Shown here: positions 1 through 6,689 of the stretch, piece after piece | Layout of the letters: each line of letters opens with the position of its first letter | Position numbering within the stretch: the first letter of the stretch is position 1 | Origin: an uncultured virus (IMG/VR IMGVR_UViG_3300020499_000002) | Lineage: Duplodnaviria; Heunggongvirae; Uroviricota; Caudoviricetes | Length of the DNA: 20,000 bases | Strand: one strand, 5' to 3' | Virus record (IMG/VR): IMGVR_UViG_3300020499_000002 | Translations under genes and position numbers: made by a program | The notes under the pieces: generated by a model | What the model saw: only the letters and a program-made list of their open reading frames with translations | Told to the model about the DNA's origin: nothing | Databases searched by the model: none

Positions 1-396
1 GGAACATTATCAAATTGGAAACAAATTTCTAGTGGAGCAGCTCATACTGGCGCTATAAAAACTGATGGTACTTTATGGATGTGGGGTCTGAATAATGATG
101 GACAATTAGGTGATGGCACTGTTGTTTCAAAATCCTCGCCAATACAAATAGGAACAGGCACAAATTGGAAACAAATTTGCTTATCTAAAACTGGATATTA
201 TACATTAGCAATCAAAACAGATGGCACATTGTGGGCGTGGGGAATAAACGCCAATATTTCTCCACATGGTAATCTAGGTTTAGGAGATATAGTTCATCGA
301 TCATCGCCTGTTCAGATAGGATCACTAACTAACTGGAAACAAGTTTCAGCAGGAGAAGTTAGCGCACACGCTATATCTGCACCAGAACTACCCTAA
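1..396 (+). CDS. RCC1/BLIP-II repeat beta-propeller protein, 3' part (gene starts upstream of the window)
   Basis: Frame 1 is open from base 1 (GTLSNWKQISSGAAHTGAIKTDGTLWMWGLNNDGQLGDG...). Repeats of AIKTDGTLWxWGxNxxGxLGxG...SSPxQIGxxTNWKQ, about 50-55 aa each, are typical of RCC1 repeats. The ATG at 79 is internal. Confidence 0.88.
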   Translation, partial: GTLSNWKQISSGAAHTGAIKTDGTLWMWGLNNDGQLGDGTVVSKSSPIQIGTGTNWKQICLSKTGYYTLAIKTDGTLWAWGINANISPHGNLGLGDIVHRSSPVQIGSLTNWKQVSAGEVSAHAISAPELP

Positions 397-399
397 ATA
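392..399 (+). promoter_or_regulatory. Possible T4-type late promoter variant (CCTAAATA) upstream of the glycosyltransferase cluster
   Basis: 6/8 match to TATAAATA, overlapping the RCC1 stop codon and about 25 nt before the ATG at 425. The identical octamer lies upstream of the tail fibre gene. Confidence 0.4.
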
Positions 400-424
400 G
401 TCTATATTAGATTATGAGGTCGTT

Positions 425-1852
425 ATGAAATCAGATGAAATTTGGCAGTCAATCACTGCTGGTCTTCCAAAAACACCATCACCATCAGAAACTATTCCGT
501 TACCTGAAATTTTAAGGGTTATGGAATATTGCTTAGACAATCGTGTAGAAAAATTTAACGCTGCTATTGACCTATTAGATTGTATTGCACCGCTAAGAAA
601 TGATATTGAGTTTCTTAACTTTAAAGCAATGGTCGAGTTCGTTGCAAAAAAGTATAATCGTTGCTTACAAACTTCTGAACAAATTTTAAATCACTATAAA
701 GACACCAACACATACTTTAACGCCGGGCGTGCAGCGTATAAAGCCAATCAACTAGAGAAATCATTAGAATATCTCACCAAATCATTAGAACTTGATCCAG
801 AAAATGTTTCTGTTCTTCTTGATTACGCTGTCACCATTTGTACCATGGGAGACTTTGATGGTTCATTGGATATTATCAACAACATAGATAAATCAAAATA
901 TTCCGAAAGAGACCAGAAAGTAACTGACTTCAATAAAGGTTGGCATACTATTCGGAAAGGCGACTTCAAGAAAGGTATGGCTCTACTTAATATTGGTCGT
1001 GATCTTAAACTATTAGGAACACATTCTGATAAGTATGATCAACCAGAATGGGATGGCACTACATATGAAGGTAAAACTATTCTTATTGTCGGCGAAGGTG
1101 GTATTGGTGACGAAGTAATCAATGCTCGTTTCTCTAAGATCATCAAAGAACGTGGTATGAAATGTATCATGTCTACGGTACATAACAATCAGTCTATGTT
1201 ATCTTCCGTTAGAATGATTGACAAGGTGATTGACAATAAAGACATTCGTAAAGAAAAGTGGGACTACTGGGTTCCTTGTATGTCTCTGCCATATAAGTTA
1301 GGCATAGACTCTAACGAAATACCAAATGAACCATATCTATTTGCTAAACCAGGATATGTTGTTAAGTGGAAGAACAGAATCAAATCTGATAAGAAACTTA
1401 ACATTGGTATTCGTTGGATGGGTAATCCATTATACGAACTAGAATTAGCCAGAACAATTCCTGTAGAATACTTTGACGAACTATCTAAGTATGACGTTCA
1501 ACTTTGGTCGTTACAAAAAGATGACGGTGTTCCGTTTAGATTGCCAACTAATACTATAGACTTGGCATCAGGTTTTGAGAATTGGGATGATACGATGGGA
1601 GCCATTATGAATATGGATCTTGTCATTACATCCTGCACCTCTGTTGCTCATGTTGCCGCTGCTCTTGGAAAACCTACATGGGTTGTAATGCCCTTACTTC
1701 CATATTATACTTGGGCAGACATGAAAAAAGAATCCTACTGGTATAAGAATGTATCTTGTTACCGTCAAAGAGTATGGCAAGATTGGTCTGCTCCATTTGA
1801 TGAATTGAAGAAAGATTTAGAACATGAAATTAAACTTAGCAATTCCAATTAG
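425..1852 (+). CDS. TPR-repeat protein with C-terminal GT-B fold, glycosyltransferase family 9 (heptosyltransferase)-like domain
   Basis: N-terminal TPR-like helices (YFNAGRAAYKANQLEKSLEYLTKSLELDPEN). C-terminal motifs W.G...GKTILIVGEGGIGDEVINARF, IGIRWMGNP, WSLQK and MDLVITSCTSVAHVAAALGKPTWV match TPR/GT9 proteins. SD-like GAGG at 416-419. Confidence 0.82.
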   Translation: MKSDEIWQSITAGLPKTPSPSETIPLPEILRVMEYCLDNRVEKFNAAIDLLDCIAPLRNDIEFLNFKAMVEFVAKKYNRCLQTSEQILNHYKDTNTYFNAGRAAYKANQLEKSLEYLTKSLELDPENVSVLLDYAVTICTMGDFDGSLDIINNIDKSKYSERDQKVTDFNKGWHTIRKGDFKKGMALLNIGRDLKLLGTHSDKYDQPEWDGTTYEGKTILIVGEGGIGDEVINARFSKIIKERGMKCIMSTVHNNQSMLSSVRMIDKVIDNKDIRKEKWDYWVPCMSLPYKLGIDSNEIPNEPYLFAKPGYVVKWKNRIKSDKKLNIGIRWMGNPLYELELARTIPVEYFDELSKYDVQLWSLQKDDGVPFRLPTNTIDLASGFENWDDTMGAIMNMDLVITSCTSVAHVAAALGKPTWVVMPLLPYYTWADMKKESYWYKNVSCYRQRVWQDWSAPFDELKKDLEHEIKLSNSN

Positions 1853-2582
1853 AACTTCTGGTGTATATAACTTTTGGAACTCTGAAAGATATATCAGTAA
1901 AGATAAGGGTCTAATCACTAGAACCTGTATTAAAAGTCTTGCCGCTTCTATCGCTGCATCTCAAGTAAGGCCAATCATATCCATTCACGATGATAACTCT
2001 GACGATTATACTCTTAACTCTATACACGAATCATTTCATGAATATGGATTAAAGTATGAGTTATATCACACAGAACCACAACAGAACTTTATATCGCAGT
2101 ATGAATGGACTATAGAACAAGATTTTGATTTTGTTTATAACATAGAAGATGATTACCTACATTATCCTGCTGCCATACATGATATGGTTGATATGATTGA
2201 TTGTATGAATCGGCTAAAACCTTATGACTATGCCATGTATCCATTCAACAATCCACACAGATACCAAAGTTTCGCTGCTTTGTATCCCTCATATATTGTA
2301 AAAGGAACCTACCAGTATTGGCGTTCGCTATTGCATTCAACTCATACCTTTATGTGTTCTAAGAAGTGTTTTGTGGATAATATAGATATAATGAAAGACC
2401 AAGCATACACTTGGCATGTTGATGCTGCCGTTGAGGATGAAAGCATCAATAAAGTTTGGAGAAACCAGGAAACAATATTATTCTGTCCAATGAACTCTCT
2501 GGCGTTTCATATGACAGACGTTACACAAAAGCCTGACTTTGATGATTGGCAGACATTATGGAGTTACTATGAAACACGGTAA
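1824..2582 (+). CDS. Putative glycosyltransferase (GT-A fold, GT2-like)
   Basis: ISIHDDNSDD and FVYNIEDDYLHYP (EDD, a DxD-like motif) plus a late SLAFHM motif. Overlaps both neighbouring genes. Confidence 0.6.
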   Translation: MKLNLAIPIRTSGVYNFWNSERYISKDKGLITRTCIKSLAASIAASQVRPIISIHDDNSDDYTLNSIHESFHEYGLKYELYHTEPQQNFISQYEWTIEQDFDFVYNIEDDYLHYPAAIHDMVDMIDCMNRLKPYDYAMYPFNNPHRYQSFAALYPSYIVKGTYQYWRSLLHSTHTFMCSKKCFVDNIDIMKDQAYTWHVDAAVEDESINKVWRNQETILFCPMNSLAFHMTDVTQKPDFDDWQTLWSYYETR

Positions 2583-3408
2583 GACAGCGGTATATACTAT
2601 TCTCAAGAATGAAAAGCAGTATATCGAAAAGTGGTTATATTACGCCGATCCTTTTGATTACAAGGTTTTACTTGACACCGGATCAGCTGATGGTTCATGG
2701 GAAATGTTGCAAGAGGCAGCAACAAAAGATCCAAAACTAATCATTGAACAAAAAACATTTACGCCTTGGCATTTCTCTAATGCTCGCAATCATAACATGA
2801 CAATGATTCCGAATGATGTTATTTGGTGTCTTTCGCCAGACTTAGACGAATACTATTCTATCAATACACATGATCAAATCGAAAAGGTTATTGATCAGAA
2901 TCCTAATGCGACTTCTATTACTTCTGATAGGTTGGATATCTACTCACATCATGTAAAGGTCGGACCACCATTTCTACTACCTACTAACAAAATTCATCTC
3001 AAGGATTATTACAACTGGAAACAGCCGGTGTATGAATACATCAACTATATTGGGCCAGAAGGTTATGATGTTGAAGTTTATGATCCCTTGATTTGCCTTA
3101 TTCACGATCAGGATTTTCGTAAGAAAGAACGATCAGAATTATACATCAAACTTATGGAAGACGAATACGCTGTCAATCCCACAAACACTTGGGTTCTATG
3201 GTTTCTAACATATCACTACTATAAGTCAAGGCAAATAGACAAATACATTCCCGCTGCTTGCGATTATATTACTTATCATGACAACATGTATGATAATAAC
3301 TATAAGGGACTTTTGAAGGATCTAACCAACTTATATTTCTTTGATAAAGATGTTACACCAGAGCAGAAAGAACAGATCAAATCAGTAATCAAGGGCAAGT
3401 CAATATGA
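2569..3408 (+). CDS. Glycosyltransferase family 2 with helical/TPR-like C-terminus
   Basis: AVYTILKNEKQYI, LLDTGSADGS, FSNARN and LSPDLDEYY (DxDE) motifs of GT2 beta-glycosyltransferases. Start moved to ATG 2569 because GGAG lies at 2560-2563. Confidence 0.82.
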   Translation: MKHGKTAVYTILKNEKQYIEKWLYYADPFDYKVLLDTGSADGSWEMLQEAATKDPKLIIEQKTFTPWHFSNARNHNMTMIPNDVIWCLSPDLDEYYSINTHDQIEKVIDQNPNATSITSDRLDIYSHHVKVGPPFLLPTNKIHLKDYYNWKQPVYEYINYIGPEGYDVEVYDPLICLIHDQDFRKKERSELYIKLMEDEYAVNPTNTWVLWFLTYHYYKSRQIDKYIPAACDYITYHDNMYDNNYKGLLKDLTNLYFFDKDVTPEQKEQIKSVIKGKSI

Positions 3409-4073
3409 ATAATTTTAGATGGATAATTGAAAACCCTAACGATACTATTCAAAGTTCTTTAAAAGCAGGTCATTTTCACGAACAACGTGAAATGGAGATT
3501 ATGAAAGAGTATTGTCCAAAGGGAGCGCATATACTGGACATTGGCGCTAATGTTGGTAATCATTCAGTGTATTTTAGTAAGTTCTTTGATGCTGAAATAA
3601 TCTATGCTATCGAACCATTGCCAGTGGCATACAAGATGTTGTTAGCCAATCTGTGTTTAAACTACTGTCATAATGTTAATGTTGATTATGTCGGCGTAGC
3701 ATTAGGTCATATGGAAACTCAAGGATTTCCGATGGAGATTTATCCTGACAATCTAGGATCAACCAGATTGTTTCATGAAGATAAAACCGATTTACCATTT
3801 CAGAAGTTTGATCCAGTCAATATCATTCCAGGTGATGTTCTATTTGCTGATAAAAGAGTTGATTTTATCAAGATGGATATTGAAGGAATGGAGATGGTTG
3901 CTCTTATGGGATTAAAAGAAACCATCGCCAGAAATAGACCTAATATGTTTGTTGAAGTCAGTATTGAAAACGTAGAAGATTTTCACCAGTGGATGGACGA
4001 AAATAACTATAAAGTTGTTTGGAATGAGATAGAACCTAGAATTTTTGCTTCATATATTATCATTCCTCAGTAA
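3405..4073 (+). CDS. FkbM-family SAM-dependent methyltransferase
   Basis: ILDIGANVGNHSVYF, AIEP, VDFIKMDIEGMEMVALMG and RPNMFVEV motifs. ATGA overlap with the upstream GT2. Confidence 0.9.
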   Translation: MNNFRWIIENPNDTIQSSLKAGHFHEQREMEIMKEYCPKGAHILDIGANVGNHSVYFSKFFDAEIIYAIEPLPVAYKMLLANLCLNYCHNVNVDYVGVALGHMETQGFPMEIYPDNLGSTRLFHEDKTDLPFQKFDPVNIIPGDVLFADKRVDFIKMDIEGMEMVALMGLKETIARNRPNMFVEVSIENVEDFHQWMDENNYKVVWNEIEPRIFASYIIIPQ

Positions 4074-4850
4074 ATATTCTTCTATGGAAAGAAACTTATG
4101 ATCTATAAAATGATTCAATGAGCATGTGAAGTATTGATACTTATTCTCCAGATGTTTTGGAAAGGGAATGCACTCAATTGTAGCGCATTCTTTTTCAGCA
4201 ACTAATTGAGCCACCCTTTCAAACGACCTAGCAACTCCTGTGCCGAGATCGTAAATACCAGAAGGTTTATCATAAAACATACAATCAATAACATCTTCTA
4301 CCCAAATAAAGTCTCGCATACATGCGTTAGATTTTTCGAATAGTTTAATTGTTCCTGTTTCTCTTGCTTGTTTGGTGAATTTATAAACTGGACTTGCTTG
4401 GTCGCCTTTGTGGCTTTCGTGTTTGCCAAAAACATTAAAGAATCTATAACCTTGAATTTTAGAAAACTTATCTATATTATCTTCTACAAACCTATCAATA
4501 GTTGCTTTTGATAGAGCGTAATAATTCAAAGGGTTTATTTCTCTTCTATAATTTGTATTACCATACACTGCAGCAGACGAAGCGTATTTTACAGGAATTT
4601 GATAGTCTATTGCATTATTAAGTAGTTTGATAGTATAGTCTATGTTATACTTGTGTATTTTATTAATATCAGTTTCAGTAGTGTCTGTAATAGCTCCAAG
4701 ATGCCAAATTTGCTTTATTTCTTCCCAATTTATACCCTCGTATAAATCGTCAAAACAATATTGTTTTTCTGAATAATAGATTCCTCCTTGTGGAAATCTT
4801 TGAAGTAAATGTTGACCAATAAATCCGTCAGTCCCTGTTATTAAGATCAT
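4050..4850 (-). CDS. hldD: ADP-L-glycero-D-manno-heptose 6-epimerase-like NAD-dependent epimerase
   Basis: ILITGTDGFIG (GxxGxxG), HLGAITDTTE, YASSAAVYG, PLNYYALSK (YxxxK), RFFNVFGKHESHKG, RDFIWVEDV and KYQYFT parallel the HldD/RfaD motifs. Same operon as hldE. Confidence 0.85.
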   Translation of the reverse strand: MILITGTDGFIGQHLLQRFPQGGIYYSEKQYCFDDLYEGINWEEIKQIWHLGAITDTTETDINKIHKYNIDYTIKLLNNAIDYQIPVKYASSAAVYGNTNYRREINPLNYYALSKATIDRFVEDNIDKFSKIQGYRFFNVFGKHESHKGDQASPVYKFTKQARETGTIKLFEKSNACMRDFIWVEDVIDCMFYDKPSGIYDLGTGVARSFERVAQLVAEKECATIECIPFPKHLENKYQYFTCSLNHFIDHKFLSIEEYLLRNDNI

Positions 4851-5139
4851 TGAAAAAATCCTCTGAATTTATCGCCTTGTCGTCAATCCAAACATCATAT
4901 GATGGTTTATTGAAATTAAGGGAAGTATATTTAACGCCCCATTTTTTAAACTGTTCAATAGTCAAATCGCGCCAATCTTTGCCCGAACTCATTCCTCTTG
5001 CAGTCCAGTAATGTATTTCATAACCAACATCATACAAACTGTTAAGAGTCTCAATTCTTTTTTTGATAGGCAATGAATTAGCGTAATCGCTATTTTTTGA
5101 AATACAAATAGTATTATCAATATCTACCAAATATTTCAT
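4828..5139 (-). CDS. Small HAD-superfamily phosphatase (capless; capsule-biosynthesis-phosphatase-like; candidate GmhB analogue)
   Basis: YLVDIDNTIC (DxDxT motif I), YWTARG (motif II), KP..DVWIDDKA (motifs III/IV). Only 103 aa. Confidence 0.8.
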   Translation of the reverse strand: MKYLVDIDNTICISKNSDYANSLPIKKRIETLNSLYDVGYEIHYWTARGMSSGKDWRDLTIEQFKKWGVKYTSLNFNKPSYDVWIDDKAINSEDFFNDLNNRD

Positions 5140-5489
5140 TTTTGACTGTCTCCTGGCATTATTCTGAAATCATCGTTATCATAATGTGTAGTTGAGATTT
5201 CGAATACAACAGAATCATCTTCAAGAGCTTCTAATTGATGTGGTTCTCCAGGTTCGTTTGTCCAAGTATCGCCTTCTTTTAAAATATTGTGTTGAATCGA
5301 AGCATCTTTAGTTTCTATCCAATGTATTTTAAATTTTCCTTTTTGAACATAAAACGTTTCATGTTTTTTTAAATGAAAATGCATAGATCCTTTAGAGCCA
5401 GCTTTATCATATACTAATAACTTACCACAATATTTGTCGTTGTTTTCAATTATGAGTTCTCTACCCCATCCTTTATTGACAATCTGCAT
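5136..5489 (-). CDS. Cupin-fold protein, sugar-phosphate isomerase-like
   Basis: KGWGRELII, SMHFHLKKHETFYVQKG and PGEPHQLEALEDDSVVFEIST: cupin metal-binding H-x-H...E...H pattern. Confidence 0.8.
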   Translation of the reverse strand: MQIVNKGWGRELIIENNDKYCGKLLVYDKAGSKGSMHFHLKKHETFYVQKGKFKIHWIETKDASIQHNILKEGDTWTNEPGEPHQLEALEDDSVVFEISTTHYDNDDFRIMPGDSQK

Positions 5490-6627
5490 TTAAATGCTCC
5501 AAAGTTTTTGTAGTAGAGTAGCCCTTAACAAATGGTATTATTACGACCTTTGTTAAATCGTTACCTACAACTTCTTCAGGTTTATAGTCTCCGCCCTTTG
5601 TAATTATATCTGGCTTCAATTTTTTTATTAATTCATAAGGAGTATCTTCGTTAAAAATAATAACTTCATCGACACAATCTAGAGCTTCTAGAACTGCTTT
5701 TCTGTCTTTCTGATTGTTTATAGGTCGTTGTTCGCCTTTTAATCTTTTGATTGATTCGTCTGAATTCAAACCCACTATCAATTTATATCCAAGTTTTCTA
5801 GACTCTTTTAGATATTCTATGTGGCCTCTATGTAGAATATCAAAACAACCATTAGTGAATACTACAGAGTTTTTAGCAATATTTTCTTTTGATAAAACAT
5901 ATGTTCCGAATTTAGTAACTGAAATACTGGCCAATCTCACAGCCTTTGAACAAGCATCATAAAGGTTGTTTCCGATACTAAGATAGTGAGTCATAGCTGC
6001 GATGAATACATCTCCTGCGCCAGTAACATCAGAAACTGGATGTTTGTCTGTTGATATTTCTCCTTCGAAATCGTCAGAGGAAATATATACTCCATTCTCT
6101 CCCTTTGTGACTACAATAGATCCTATGTTGAATAATTTTCGAAGCTGAAAAGGCGTATTACCGAATCCATATTCTTCAAGTTCTTTTTGGTTCAATTTTA
6201 TTATACTTGAATTTTTATAATTGTCAATAGGTTTTTTGGGATCTACTATAACTTTAGAACCTTTTTTAATAAAATTATCAACTATCAATTGGCTGTGATG
6301 TAAGAATCCTTTGTTATAATCAGAAAGAATCACATAATCCGGATTAACTGGAAAATCTATATCTTGATTTGGGATATATTCTTCTTCGTCAGAACGAAAC
6401 ATTATATGATTATCGCATACGAATCTGGTCTTTTTGGAATTAAAAGAAGCAAAAATCTCAGTATCCGAACCAAGAGCTTGGAGATTCTCGTAGACATTTC
6501 CTGCACCGCCTGAACGAAATTCAGTAGTTTTAGATTTGAAAACAGGTATGGGAGACTCAGGCGATATACGGTCTACGGTGCCATATATATAAATATCTTC
6601 TATGTAATCACCAATCACTGCGATCAT
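5473..6627 (-). CDS. hldE: Bifunctional heptose-7-phosphate kinase / heptose-1-phosphate nucleotidyltransferase (HldE/RfaE-like)
   Basis: PfkB kinase part: IAVIGDYIED, RISPESPIPV, GGAGNV, ILSDYNKG, VDPK, DVTGAGD. Nucleotidyltransferase part: VFTNGCFDILHRGH, VGLNSDESIKRLKG..RP, KGGDY, GYSTT. Start set at ATG 6627 (MIAVIGD), with an SD-like AGAGAG upstream. Confidence 0.92.
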   Translation of the reverse strand: MIAVIGDYIEDIYIYGTVDRISPESPIPVFKSKTTEFRSGGAGNVYENLQALGSDTEIFASFNSKKTRFVCDNHIMFRSDEEEYIPNQDIDFPVNPDYVILSDYNKGFLHHSQLIVDNFIKKGSKVIVDPKKPIDNYKNSSIIKLNQKELEEYGFGNTPFQLRKLFNIGSIVVTKGENGVYISSDDFEGEISTDKHPVSDVTGAGDVFIAAMTHYLSIGNNLYDACSKAVRLASISVTKFGTYVLSKENIAKNSVVFTNGCFDILHRGHIEYLKESRKLGYKLIVGLNSDESIKRLKGEQRPINNQKDRKAVLEALDCVDEVIIFNEDTPYELIKKLKPDIITKGGDYKPEEVVGNDLTKVVIIPFVKGYSTTKTLEHLNADCQ

Positions 6628-6646
6628 ATTAACTCTCTTTGTTATG

Positions 6647-6654
6647 CCTAAATA
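6647..6654 (+). promoter_or_regulatory. Possible T4-type late promoter variant (CCTAAATA) upstream of the tail fibre gene
   Basis: Lies in the 62-bp divergent intergenic gap, 35 nt before the ATG at 6690. Confidence 0.5.
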
Positions 6655-6689
6655 TATTAAAAACAAAGCCAACAAGGGGATAGGGAACC

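Noticed and set aside
425..4073. Glycosyltransferases as DNA-hypermodification enzymes
   Set aside because: No similarity seen to T4 alpha/beta-glucosyltransferases, no base-modifying genes nearby, and the context is structural. Disfavoured but not formally excluded.
6628..6675. Hydrophobic, signal-like extension MLALFLIYLG on hldE
   Set aside because: HldE similarity starts at MIAVIGD (6627), which has its own SD-like sequence; the extension spans the intergenic promoter region.
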